Assembly: GCA_964016885.1 (NCBI GenBank)
Contig: OZ024742.1
Location: forward strand, 293,570,001 to 293,634,000
Direction: 5' to 3'
DNA length: 64,000 bases
Source: Eledone cirrhosa
Lineage: Eukaryota
A program made the translations under genes and the position numbers. The first letter of the stretch is position 1. Each line of letters opens with the position of its first letter. Below are positions 1 to 13,668 of the stretch, piece by piece. Under the pieces are notes generated by a model, which saw only the letters and a program-made list of their open reading frames with translations, was not told where the DNA came from and did not search any database.

Positions 1-1257
1 AAAATATTTATATTCACCAACAGTTTAGTATTGCATGGAGCATTAGGAAAAAATCATTATTCATCTACACTGACTACCTAATTCGTTTCTTAGTAACCAT
101 TCTAATATGATAAGTTCCATTTGATCATTCGAGAGTTTGTAACAAATTCAATATTATGCTTTATTGGATGATTTTATCGATAGTTAAAACAGGAAGACAA
201 TTTCAAATAATCTAAAAAATAAAAGTTTTTTTTTTTATCTTTCAACACTGAATACCTTGTAGAGAATAATCTACATATATCTAACCATTTTGATACCAAA
301 CCTCCTAAACCACCTATGGTACTATGGCACAAAACTGTTTATTTTAAAGTGTTTGTATTTATCTAAAGACTTTCTATCATAATTTAATTAATGTAAGAAC
401 CTTTATTAAGTTATGCTCCTATAATGGCTAGGAAAACTGATGAAAGGGAATGTAAGGAATGTGTGATGGTGTGTATGAGAGATACATGAAATTTATTCCA
501 TGCCTGTTGTTTATGTTTGGACAAAAAAAGCTAACAAGAGTGGACAGAGAAAATTGCTGCATCTGTTTGTTTAAAATAGATTATTTATTTCATCAAATAT
601 TGAATTTGAAATTACTTTCAAATTTTCAGATAATTCATGGAAATCAAAAGGTTAACAATATGAAAATCATGAAAAATTGATGAATGAAATTGCAAACTAA
701 AGAATATTTGTGTGTGTAAATGTTTTGTATGAAAGAGAAACAGATAGGCTAATGACTTGGGTAAAGAATTTAGAGATTGTAAGAGATGATAACCATGTCA
801 AGCTGTCATAGTCACTGACCTGCAGTAAAGCCAGCAATTGCCCAAAGGCCTCTTCTGTTATCAAAATCTGTGACCAACTGAGTGAAAGCTAGCTTGTAGC
901 ACAAATTTTTATCCCAAAAGGGGATGTTATACTGAGTTCAGTAAATTGCATGGCTTATGCACTGAAATTAATGAATATTGATCCACCAATGCATACAATA
1001 TTAAAATAGCTGTAGTTTTGTGCAATAATATCTTGGCCAATGTGTGATTTTACTGCACTCAAACTCCTGCTTAATAACAAGAAAGTCTGTTGTATTACTA
1101 AATCCCTCTAAATTTTGTATTGTTTTCGAAATTATAAAACAGTATTTGTCATTAGAAATATGTTGAAGAAAAGGTTAAATTATGCTCCAGATACCAGCTT
1201 AATATTAAGAAACTTATATTAAATTCCATTGAGTAAGTAGGAACACAACTTACTTTT

Positions 1258-1333
<76 letters not shown>

Positions 1334-1762
1334 TAGGTAATTCCGAAGAAAAGGCAAAGGAAAAAGAGTGCTCTATGTATAGAACAGAGCTATTTAATTA
1401 GAAATAAATATATATATACATCATATATAGTGTATAATATATACTGTACACAGTGTATATGTAATGTATATAGTGTATATTTGAGTTGTGATGTCACTGG
1501 TGCCAAACTGTATCAGCCACTGCCTTTCTCTTGGACAATATATAACGTATATATACTGTACATAGTGTATATATATATATATATATAGTGAATATATAAT
1601 GTATATATAGTGTATATATGAGTTGTGATGAACCAACAAACTTAAATATATATATATATATTTATTTAGGTTTCTTAGTTCACCACTGGATAGAACTGGT
1701 CATTCCATATGGTCAACCTCGATGTAGCCTCCTGTTATTTTATAATAAATATATATATATAT

Positions 1763-2256
1763 GGAGGCACATGGCTTAGTGGTTAGAGAATTGGGCTTGC
1801 AATCGAAAGGTTGTGAGTTCAATTCTCAGACCGGGTGATGTGTTGTTTCCTTGAGCAAGACACTTTATTTCACATTGCTCCAGTTTACTCAGCTGTAGAA
1901 ATGAGATGATAGGACTGGGGTCCCTATCATTCCACTGCAAAGTGGTCGTGGAGGTGCCACGGCAAAAAAGCACCCAGCCCACACTGTAAAGTGGTCATGG
2001 AGGTGCCACGGCAAAAAAGCACCCAGCACTCACTGTAAAGTAGACGTGGAGGTGCCACAGCAAAAAAGCACCCAGCCCACAATGTAAATGAGGTTGGTGT
2101 TAGGAAGGGCATCCAGCTGTAGAAATCAAGCCAGAATCAGTTCCAGTATGAGCAAGAGCAGGTCAGCCGACCAGACACTGCCGACAACAGGACAACCCGT
2201 CTAACCCATGCTAGCATGGAAGAACGGACGTAAAACGGTGATGATGATGATGATGA
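1763..2256 (+). mobile_element. tRNA-derived CORE-like SINE with LINE family A 3' tail
   Basis: A box TGGCTTAGTGG, B box GAGTTCAATTC, CORE-like CCTTGAGCAAGACACTT...CAGTTTACTCAGCTGTAGAAATG, then sequence matching the LINE A 3' UTR, ending in (GAT)n. Confidence 0.88.
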
Positions 2257-3583
2257 TAGAATTCTTTATTTTCAAATTTTTTGTTTGCAAATCATATGAC
2301 AGTGTTTATCATTAAGAAGATGGTATCATTAAAAAAGGGTTAACACAACACTATGAATAAAATAAGACGCTATCAAAAGTTAAAGCTAAAATTTGTTAAC
2401 TTCTCAAATTTACTACTAAATATTGATTATGGCATGACAATATGTTGCCAGAAATAGAATAGATAAGGAGACATATTAAAGACAATAAACATAAACACAC
2501 TTTAACCCTTTTGTTATTATATTTCTAATGAAAGGCACTATCTATGATTTCCAAATAATTTTGAAAATAATCAAAAAATTGGAGAGATTTAGTAAAATTA
2601 CCAACTTTCTCATTATTTATCATCATCATCATTTTACATCCGCTTTTCCCTGCTTGCAAGGATGGGATGGGTCCTATTCAGCATAGCATCTCTCCACTTG
2701 TCACGGTCCTTCATCATCTCCCCCCGTGAGCTTCAGCAATCCAGGTACCTGGAACGACTCTGATCTCGAAGCTACAAATCTGCCCAGTGATTCTTTCCTG
2801 AGACATTCTAATCACATACCCTTAGTATAGGAGTTGTGATCTCTCAATTCAGAGAAATAGCAGCTCTACCTGGAGTGACTCTCTGATCTCCAAGCTACAC
2901 ACTCTATCGAGTAACATTCACCAATATTTTATTTATTCAACATTTTTCTTTATTTTTTAAAGTACTGAATGCTGCTCTACTGAAGAATAGGTTCTATGAT
3001 TTCTCTACGCAGAAAACAACAAGAATAGTAGCAGCAGAAACAACAACAAAAACACAAACCAAACAAAACATGGTGAGGTGCTAAATATAGTGTCAAGGCT
3101 GTGTGGAATGAGGTGAAAATACTTTAATAGAAGTGGAAATAAAGAAGTTTTGATAACAACCGTTCAGTCAATAATGTACCTGCTGTGTGTGAGTATGGTG
3201 TGTGTAATGTGTCTACGTATAGAGAGGGAGAGAGAGGAGAGAGAGAGAAAGTAAAGAGAGAATGTGTGTGTGTGTGGTCTAACAATAACACCAGTGTTAG
3301 TCTGTCTTTATTTCTACTAATGTAACTATAGTTAATAGTTAAGCTCTTAAATGAACAGGAAGTGTTTCAGAACCATTCTACAAATCTGTGAAGCAGAGAC
3401 TTATATTTTTTAAATTCAGTGATTCTCAGAGACTCAGATCTCATTCTTCTTACAATTTGAGGTTTTCTCAATTCCTTCACCATACTTTGAATTGTCGTCT
3501 CATAATTTTTCACTCAAGTGTCATATTAACACAAGCAAGCTTCTCAAATCTCAATAATTCTATAGCCCAGTGGTTTTCAGTGA

Positions 3584-3860
3584 GGTGGGTGGCCTAGTGG
3601 TAAGAGTGTTGGACTTATGATCATAATGGCGTGCATTCAGTTCCTAGGATAGTTTGCGTGTTGCATTCTTGAGCAAAACGCTTCATTTCACATTGCTCCA
3701 GTAAACTCATTTGAAAATGAGTACCAGCAATAGCTGGAGGTTTAACCCTGCAATGGACTGGCGTCCTGTCCAGGGTAGAGTCCTGTACTCGCAGTCACTT
3801 AACGCCATGAAATTGGGATAAGCACTGGTTTAACGTGTCTCTTGGCTTGAGACAGACTTT
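3584..3860 (+). mobile_element. tRNA-CORE SINE with a different, V-domain-like body
   Basis: GGTGGCCTAGTGGTAAGAGTG head and TTGAGCAAAACGCTTCATTTCACATTGCTCCAG core, then CCCTGCAATGGACTGGCGTCCTGTCCAGGG. The V-SINE likeness is from memory. Confidence 0.65.
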
Positions 3861-4037
3861 AGTGGTTCTCAGAAACTAAGATCACATTCCACCCCTTGCA
3901 ATCCCCATATTTCCTCAATTCTTTCATTTTCAGTTGCCCTCTAATAATTGTTTCCACCATAACACTTTTATTAACAATTTATTAAAGCAAATTACATTAT
4001 TAAGTTTTTTGGGACCTGTTAATTTGTAATTATTTTG

Positions 4038-4345
4038 GAGTCCCAAATAATAGGGGAGGGTTGGAATAAGTAGGGGGGGGGTCGGTAATTTATCTAGGTT
4101 GTCTCCATTGATTTCTTTTTAAAAACCAGAATTAGTTAGTTTGAGACCCCAACCCATCCTATTTATTTTATAACATATGGGATTTTTTTTTTTTTTTGTA
4201 TATAATGTTTTTTTTATGTCTAATTAATTGTCGCAGGAATGCTACCACTTAGAATAAAATTTTGCTAGAGATAGATTAGCAAAATTCAATAAGGATTTGG
4301 GGTGTGTGTGTGGGGGGGGCGGGGGTATTTGAGACCTAAGAGTAC
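4038..4345 (+). mobile_element. Interspersed repeat, probably a non-autonomous DNA transposon; second copy at about 51320-51685
   Basis: Both loci share GAGACCCCAACCCATCCTATTTATTT...GGAATGCTACCACTTA...TATTTGAGACC. Confidence 0.6.
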
Positions 4346-4372
4346 CCTTATAGGTGTGTGTATTGGTATTTC

Positions 4373-4464
<92 letters not shown>

Positions 4465-5328
4465 GTTTAACGTCCATCTTCCACGCTTGCATAGACAGAC
4501 AGACAATGTACACTCCTCTTTCCAATTCCTCCCTTGACTAAAATTTCTTCTCTGGAAACCTCTTATTTGAGAATCATTGTTTTAAAAGATATAGGTACTG
4601 CCATTCATCCAGGGTAGCCCATAACATTTGCAGGGTTGTTAAAACAGGTAAAAGATAGGAAGAAGAGAAACCATGAATGGACTCATAGTTTATATTCAGA
4701 CCATAAGAGACCTAGCCCTAAATGCTGCATATGGCACCCAAGCTGGTAATTTAAAACCTTCTGTGAGTAATGAAATATACTGAACATCAAGCCATGGGGT
4801 TAAGGAGTTCACTTCATAACCACATAACACTTTGAAAAATGTCTTCAACTATAGCTTCAGGTTGATCAAGCCCTTGAGACTGCAGAAGCCTGTTGTGTGT
4901 GTCTCTGGTTGTGTTTATGTTTGAATCTGTTTCTGTGTTTATGGCCAGTGACTTAGTGATTTGACAAGAAGAGATTCATGAAGTAGATAACAGATTTGAA
5001 AAATAAATATTGGGAGACCAATATGATAGATCCTTCAAAGTGGAGCCTCAGCATGGCTGCAGTCTAATGACTGAAACCAATAAAACAGTGTATTTCAATT
5101 AATTGTACATTATTCTATGTACTATACATGCACATTTGATGAGTTGTAGTGCACCTGAGCATTGTACACAATAATTTTCATTATCATTATTATCGTTATA
5201 ATTATAATTAATTAATTAAGTATTTGGAGGGGTTTACTGAAATTACGTATTATTTTATTACTAGTGAGCCCATGATGTCAAAACTGAGGGTGATTCACAT
5301 ATATCATCATCATTATTATTTAATTTAA

Positions 5329-5520
5329 GGGCGGTGAATTGGCAGTATCGGTAGAAGGTTGGACGCCATGCTTTCTAGCATAGTTACGTCCCTTTACAGT
5401 CTGAGTTCAAATCCCGCCGAGGTTAACTTTGCCTTTCATCCTTACGGGGTCGATAAAATAAAGTACCAGTAATGTACTGGGTAATTGCTGGCCTTGTGCC
5501 TAAAGTAGAAACAATTATTA
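5329..5520 (+). mobile_element. Second tRNA-SINE family (GGCGGTGGATTGGCAG head; GCCTTTCATCCTTACGGGGTCGATAAAATAAAGTACC core)
   Basis: Repeated many times in the window, with an (ATT)n tail. The core resembles the MetaSINE domain from memory. Confidence 0.8.
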
Positions 5521-7635
5521 TTTAATATCTAATTTCCATACTACCATTAAAGTTATTTATAACACATGATTTTAACCAAGGAATGAGGGAAGGGGAGTCT
5601 CTAGAGTTTAAAACTCACAGTCTAATTAATGAAACATTTTTAATTAATTTTAACCCATTCATTTAATTAGTAGACCTCGTCATACCAGGATTAAAGTTAA
5701 TACTGGAATGTATCAACAGCTGATTTATTAATATCTCTCTTGATACATTTTTTATAAAAATAAATTTATGTTTAACTTTAGACATCATAAATTTTTACCA
5801 CATATGTACATCTTAATCTTAAATACATTTAATTTATTACATCATAAATGTTTTTTGGGAGTGGAAGAGTGTAAATATTCTTGGTGGTACGACTACATGC
5901 AGGCGAGATGTGGCCCAACTGCCAATCTGAGCACTTGGTAGAGTATGGAAACATATGTAAGTGAGACGCTTCCCCCTGTCCCTAAGCCCATCTGAAATTG
6001 TAACATAGATAGCGGAGATGCTCCTGAGGTACATGTGCCATAATAACAGTATGGATAATGTCATATGTCATGATGATGATAATGATGAGGTATAGATATA
6101 CAATACTTATTGTCATATAACATATGCACAATAGTTAGAGTGGCAGGTTGAGATCGATGATCCAGGTGTTATTTACAGCATTATGGATAACCTCCAGGCC
6201 ACCATCATTGCACCTTATCAATCTTTAACTAAAGTGATTATAAACTTTACATGTCACTACCAGAGGAATAGACTAGAAAATTCCACTTTTAAATATGGGT
6301 GTAGTTATGGCTATGTGGTTAAGCATTTTACTTCTAAATCATTTGGCTTTGGGTTGCATCACATTGCATTGTACCTTGGGTCTTAATCTATCACCCAGTT
6401 TAACCCTTTTGTTACCAACATTCCCCAAATCACTCATTTTATGGGGTTCCTATTTAAATTAAAGCTTTCCAACATAACTTTATACAAGAACCTTCTGATA
6501 TAAATAGTTTTAATCAACCATAATAGTACACAGTGTATATCCACATCTAAGCCAACAATGAATTTAGATTGAAAATAATTCAAAACAATTTCCTAATGAT
6601 CTTTAGCCCTTTTTGAAACAACCAAACTGCCTGAAATAAAACTCCATTATAAAGTGTTTATATTCAAATCTAAACCTTCTATCACAATTTTATGAAAGAC
6701 CATTTTGTTATGTTCTAAACACTAGCTTAACAATGGAGAAGTTATTTATTTATTAAACTCCTCAACCTCTCTGGTTATTTAAAAAATCATTGAAATTATG
6801 GTTAGTATTCTTCTGCCAGGAGTTGCAACCAACAGAGCAATGAAAAGACTAATGGAAAAGCCAATGACAACATTGTTTCCTTGGTCAGATCTGATGATAG
6901 GCTCCTTTCCTTTTTAATTATTCAGATAGTATTTATAACATAACAAAAGGTTCCAAAATCAAATTAGATTGGAAGATTTTAATTTAAAGAAGAACCCTTT
7001 ACAATGGAGAGAACCAGAGGTAGTTGTTTGGTGAGTTGGTATCAAAATTGATCTTCTTTGTAAGGGTTTTTGTTAATATCCAAGACTTACATCTATAGAA
7101 GAGAATAGATTCAACTGTTGCTTTAAATAGCTTCATTTTCATTGCATTCTTGGAGATACCCAAACCTTTGACAGAGTGTTAAGAGCTCTCATGCCTTACC
7201 TATCCTGGTGTCCACATGGTGTTCTGTGTACAAGTAACTGCCTAGGTACAAGAATCCATCAACTTTTTCGATCTCTGAACCATCTAGCAGATGCATTTCA
7301 TCATTTGCTGCATTTCCAGCTACACTTTGACCCTCATCAGAAGCACAATAATTAAACTCTACAATACGGTTCATATTGAGTACTTCATTGAACAGTGATC
7401 ATGTCATTTAAGTTATACATACACAATCACATACACCACATACAGACACACATATACACACACCACATGTACATACCATATACACACTCCACATGTACAC
7501 ACCACATACACACATACACAAGGGATTTATATGGAAATTGGAAATTATCCAAGTGCAAATAATAATGACAACAATCTGAAAATATTGATTTCTAAAACAG
7601 CCATGTTATATCACAGCATGTGTGTGTGATAAATA

Positions 7636-7700
<65 letters not shown>

Positions 7701-8589
7701 ATATATATATTTATATATATAAGAGAGAGTTATGTAAGATCTCGCCACACACAAGCTGAAACTGCTTGGCGCTGTGGTCAGGATTTTACAAATTTCTATA
7801 CCCACACTGCATCTCCCCATGCATTGAGTACTCCCATGATTAGTGGTCTCCACAGTCTCAGCTCCATAAACTCTCTCTCCCTCTCTCTCTCTCTCTGTAT
7901 GTGTGTGTGTATATATAATATATGGTTTGCAAGATTCTTAATGTGAAAACGTGTGTTGAAACAGGTATTGTTATACTTTAGGATGGTCATATTGCCAATA
8001 AAAACACATGCAACAGTTGAGTTTCACTTCAGTTTTATTATTAGTTAAATAACTAATCTATTCATTAATTAGTTTAATAACTGGGTGGTAGTTTAATTGT
8101 AATTGTCAAAAATCTTTCATTACACATCCTATGACCTTCTCAATAACTATTCTTGATTCATTATCTCTCCTCTTTGCTCTGATCAGAAAAACATAAGAGA
8201 TTACCTTTATGTATTTTGCAGATTTATGTCTACAGAGAAAAGTGCCCAGCTCACACTGTAAAGTCGTCATGTAAGTGACATGACAAAAAACAGCCAGCAC
8301 ACACTGTAAATGTAGTTGGTGTAAAGAAGGGCATCCAGTCATAGAAACGAAGCCTAAACCAGTCCTGTGTGAGCAAGACATGGTCATTGGACCTGGCTTT
8401 GTCTCACAATGGGGCAACTCATCTAATCCATGCTAGCGTGGAAACATGGACGTTAAATGGAGATGATTTGCCACACATACACACACGAATACGAATGAAA
8501 TTTGAATGCAATAAACTGTAATACATATTCAAAAGATAAGCAATATAAACATTAGCATGTTTCTGCTCTCACAATGGCTTGGTCATGCA

Positions 8590-8995
8590 AACTGTAGAGA
8601 GATATTATAGAGAGAAAGAGAGATTATAAGAGAGAAAAGAGAGAAGAAAAGAAATTATAGAGAAGAAAGAAAGAGAAAGGAAGAGAGATTACAGGGAAGA
8701 GGGAGAAAAGTGATTATAGAGAAGAACGAGGAGAGAGATTATAGAGAAGTGGGAGAGATTATAGCTAAACGGAAGGAGATTATAGGGAAGAAAAAGAGAG
8801 GAAGAAAGATTATAAAGAAGAAGCAGTTAGGAAGAGAGCCTATAGAGGAAAGAGAGAGGAAGACAGCTTATAGAGGAGAGAGAGGAAGAGAGCTTATAGA
8901 GAAGAAACAGAAAGGAAGAGAGCTTATAGAAAAGAGATACAAAGAAAAATCATAGAGAAGAGAGAATGAGAGAGACAGAGGAAGAAAGATTATAC
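8590..8995. repeat. Degenerate purine-rich minisatellite
   Basis: Recurrent GAGATTATAGAGAAG-like motif. Confidence 0.7.
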
Positions 8996-9629
8996 CCTTC
9001 AAAGCAAACACTTTAATCACACAGCCATGCCTACATCTTATGATGTTTTAATTCTAATTTGTTGTCAGAAATAGTACTTAGATCTCTTACAATAGTAAAT
9101 CTAGTAATAGAAGATATATGAAGGCTTATTTAACATAAGTCTAGTTCTAATAACTAGCTACCAAAATAATACAGGCAGTACTGAATGATAGGAGGCCAAA
9201 AAGGGAAGAGAAAGACAGAAGAAAATAATAATTACATTATAGTCAAAGAAAAAAATTGACTGATAATTGATGTCTCAATCCCTACAAACAATACTATATA
9301 TATCAAGGAAATAGAGAAATTATCTAAATATAAAGATCTGGAGAGAGAAATAACTTGAATGTGGATGATGAAAACAGACACACTCCTTATAATAATGGGT
9401 GTTCTGGGAATGATTAAAAAAAAAAACACACAGACAGTACATAGCCCAAACCTCCTCAAGACTTATAAACATATGCAACATACAGGAAATAGCAATACTA
9501 GGAGGCACTGCACACATATTACAAAGAATATTTTCAATACAATAGAAACAACACTAAAAACAACTCTGCACCCAAGACACACAGAGCTGTGCTCGGTAAT
9601 GTAGTGATGATAGACAATAAAAATAAAGC

Positions 9630-10013
9630 TAATAATAATGGTTTCTCATTTAGGCACAAGGCCAACAATTTTGGGCAGGGGGAAAGTTGATTAAATTGAC
9701 CCCAGTGTGTTACTGGTACTTTATTTTATCAACAAAGCTAACTTCAGTAGGATTTGAACTCAGAACGTAAAGAGCCATAATAAAACTAATAATAATTGTT
9801 TCTACTTTAGGCACATGGCCAACAATTTTAGGGAAGGAAAAAGTAGATTAAATTGACCCCAGTGCATTACTGATACTTTATTTTATCGACCCTGTAAAGA
9901 TAAAAGGTAAAATTAACCGCAGCGGGATTTGAACTCAGAACGTAAAGAGAGGTAACTGTATGCTGTGAAGCACATTGTCTGATGCTCTACCAATACTGCC
10001 AATCCACTGCCCT
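9630..10013 (-). mobile_element. Two tandem copies of the second SINE family
   Basis: Reverse-complement matches to 5329-5520. Confidence 0.75.
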
Positions 10014-10310
10014 CATCATCATCATCACCGTTTTACGTCCGTTCTTCCACGCTAGCATGGGTTAGACGGGTTGTCCTGTTGTGGGCAGTGTCTGGTCGGC
10101 TGACCATGCCTTGCTCATACAGGAACTGATCTGGCTTGATTTCTACAGCTGGATGCCCTTCCTAACACCAACCTCATTTACAGTGAGTGCTGGGTGCTTT
10201 TTCGTGGCGCCTACACGTCCACTTTACAGTGTGGGCTGGGTGCTTTTTTGCCGTGGCACCTCCACGACCACCTTGCGGTGGGGGGGGGGGGGGCATATTG
10301 TTTATATGCT

Positions 10311-13300
10311 TCAGCATGTACCCATGGGAGGTCGGGTACCCTGTATTACTGCGTGACGCCAGAAGTCACGGTCGTGTGTCATTGACTTTGAGAGGTGTAG
10401 TTGGGTAAGGTCGGCTTTTATCACCTCATCCCAAGTCATCTTGGGTCTCCCCACTCCGCGGTTTCCATCAACTTCTAGTGCTCTGCACCTTTTTATGCAG
10501 CTGTCATCCTTCATACGCATCACATGTCCATACCAGCGTAACCGCCTCTCCTGCACGCAGCATTTGATTCCTCTTATGCTCAGTCTCTCTCTCAATTCAT
10601 TTATGCTTTGTCGTTCACGTATATTACTGTTACACATCCATCGGAGCATGCAGGCTTCGTTTCTCTCTAATCTACGTAAGTCTTCCACCTTCAGCGCCCA
10701 GGTCTCACTACCATGCAACATCGCTGTTCGGATACACGCATCATACAGTCTGCCTTTCATTCTGAGGGAGAAGCCTTTTGCAGCTAGCAGTGGTAGTAGT
10801 TCCCTAAACTTCTTCCATCCCGTTCTTACCCTAGTTATTGTACTTTCTGAGCACCCACCTCCGTTGCTAATTCGGTCACCTAGGTAGCAGAAGCTGTCTA
10901 CTGTTTCTACAGGGCCCTCCCAGAGATTGGTGGTATTTGTTTCCTGTGGCTGTTTGCTTGCTGTTTCAGCACAGCTGCTGCATGTGAATCCTACATTCTT
11001 AATTAAGCTTCCTGAGATCCCGCTACATCTCTTGTGTACCTATTGTTTGCATTTGGGGCAAAGAATGGAGTTCCTACCTACACCTTTCCTACATACTGAG
11101 CAAGGCCATTTCCCTGAGGGGATCTGGGTTCTGTTTTCTCGTCTACTTATAAGGACCTTAGTCTTTGTCATGTTGACTTTGAGGCCCTTTCTCTCTAGTC
11201 CCTGCTTCCAGGTTTGGAATTTATTCTCTAGTTCTACCATAGATTCAGCTATGAGTGCGAGGTCATCAGCATACAGGAGTTCCCATGGGCATCCGGTCTT
11301 AAACTCCTCCGTTATTGCCTGCAGGACTATGATGAACAGGAGAGGGCTAAGAACAGAGCCCTGGTGGACCCCAACCTGTACGCTAAATTCCTCGCTATAC
11401 TCATTGCCAATCCTAACTTTGCTGACTGCTCCCCTATACATGGCTTGTACCGCTTTCACAAGCCATTCATCTACTCCTAGTTTTCTAAGAGCCCACCAGA
11501 TTACTGCACGTGGAACTCTGTCAAAGGCTTTCTCAAGGTCGACAAATGCCAAGTAGAGTGGCTTACTTTTAGCTAGGTACTTTTCCTGTAATTGCCTCAC
11601 AAGGAAGAGCGCATCAGTGGTGCCTTTCCCTGGAACAAACCCAAATTGCATCTCGTCTATATTCACCCGGTCCCTAATCAGCTGTGCTATAACTCTTTCT
11701 GTTACTTTCATGACCTGGTCCATCAACTTTATACCTCTATAGTTTCCTCTATCTAGTGCATCGCCTTTACCTTTGTAGCAGTTGACAATGATGCTACTGC
11801 ACCAATCTTTTGGTATGGCCCCCTCTAGTATTACCTGGTTAATGATACGTGTGGTTATAGTGTGACCTACAGACCCAGATGCCTTCAGCATCTCGGCAGC
11901 TATACCCGATGGACCGGTTGCCTTCCCTATCTTCATATCTCTGATTGCCTTACTTACTACGCTGCCGCTGACTTGTACTGCTGGTCCCTCTATAGGGTCT
12001 ACGTGGGGTAGGGTCTCTTCTTCCCATGCATTCTCCTCATTTAGTAATCTATCATAATGACTCTTCCATGCATCTTTCTTCTCAGCACTTGTGAGGGCAA
12101 GCTCACCTTTATCATTCCGGATACACTTCTCTCCAATGACATCACAACTATCTCTGACACACTGCCTCGCAATCTTGAATACCTCCTGTTTCTGGTCCTC
12201 ACGTTGTAAAACATGCTTGAATTTTCTATCCTCTGCTTCCCTCCTAGCTAAGTATACTTGTCGCCTAGCTTCCCTCTTGGTCTCTATGTAATGTACCCTG
12301 CTCCCCCCGTTCTTCCATTCTTTCCATGCCTGTCTCTTGGCCTTGACTGCTTCATCTACCTTATTGTTCCACCACCAAGTCATTCTCCTCCTGCTTGAGG
12401 TCTTACTCCAGCCACAAACCTCATCCGTCGCCTCTAGTAAGTTATTTTTTAGGAACTCCCAGTTCTCTTCTACGTTAAATGTCTCTATCTGTTCTTCTTT
12501 ACTGTCGTAGGCGTTGAGTAAAATATCTTTAAATCTGTTACTGGTTGAGGGGACTTTCAGCTTCCAGATCTTTCTTCTCCAGGTTGGCCTCTGTTTCAGG
12601 GCTCGTCTAGTTCTGACCGTGAGGTCGCTGACAACTAAGCTATGTTGGGATGTACATTCCTCACTAGGGAAGGCTTTTGTGTTTACGACCGTCCATCTGT
12701 CACGTCCTCTGATGAGGATAAAATCTAACTGACTAGAGTGCTCCCCAAGGTGATCAGGTGGTTGTCGGGTTTTTTAAAGTTTGTGTTACATATCGACATG
12801 TCATTGGCGTCGCAGAATTCTAGAAGTCTGAATCCTTCCTCATTCCTTGTGCCAACTCCATGGCCTCCATGTACTCTATTGAAGCCGTCGCAGTGTTTAC
12901 CTACGTGTCCGTTAAAATCTCCTGCAATGATTAGGAAGTCCTTGTCGTCTGTTAGAGCAGTAGTGTGTATTAGGGACTCGTAAAACCTATCCTTAAGTTC
13001 GTCTGGCAGCCCCGATTGGGGTGCGTAAGCTGATATTATTGTGGTAATTGTCTTATTCAGGACTAGTCTGAGTTTAATGATTCTTGCATTTACCCTGTAC
13101 ACTGAGATTACTTTATCTACCCACTTGTCAGCTAATAGTATACCTACACCACCCATCCCATCGTCATTTCCCACCCAGAAAAATTTGTAGCACTGGCTTT
13201 TTCCTACAAGGACTCTAGCAGACCCTCCTCTCCATCTAGTCTCTTGCACACAGCATACATCAACTTCCTTTCGCTCTAGCATTTCTACGATTTCTCCTGC

Positions 13301-13423
13301 TCTTCCTTTCATTGAGCCTACATTGATGGTACCAACTCGGAGTTTTGGGCATTTGTCGACACTCGTAGGGGAGGGTCTCTGGGTTGGCGCTTCACGTGGG
13401 TGCTTGGTAGCTCGCAGATTCAT
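10311..13423 (-). pseudogene. Disrupted EN-RT ORF of LINE family A
   Basis: Manual translation shows two lesions: a frameshift near 12747 (about 7 bp missing versus family B 'ITYRSG') and an in-frame TAG at 11040-11042 replacing the W of 'KQWVHKRC'. The frame is otherwise open to TGA at 10311. Confidence 0.85.
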
Positions 13424-13668
13424 ATTTCATCTATTGATTCAGAGTTGCTCGTGTATTCCCAGCTCATCCATCCATAACGGTGGGAAAATTGAGGGCTAGA
13501 AGGACAGTGGTGGTGGGGTAATGGCAGGGTGTGTTGGGATGCGCCAGAGGAGGAGAGAGTTAGTTAAGCAGGTAGTAGCAGCAGCAGCAGTGGAAATGGC
13601 ATGCTAGGTTTGATTGGTCGAATAGACTATGGTGGTGTGTGGGGGTGGGGGGGAGGGAAATTGTGAGG

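Noticed and set aside
1763-1835. tRNA gene
   Set aside because: A and B boxes are present, but the sequence continues into CORE and a LINE tail and is multi-copy, so it is a SINE head.
5837-6064. 75-aa ORF or candidate next catulin exon
   Set aside because: No similarity to the expected 'DLK...AARxVLE' segment. The + strand shows RTE-like remnants (LHAGEMWP, LRYMC).
7313-7340. Possible hammerhead ribozyme (minus-strand CTGATGA...GAAA)
   Set aside because: Stem II does not close (G opposite G), and I could not find stem I/III with an NUH site. It adjoins a decayed RT fragment.
10441-11556. Antisense ORFs over the LINEs (also 23464-24297 and 29734-31985)
   Set aside because: Shadow frames of the RT coding strand with no independent motifs.
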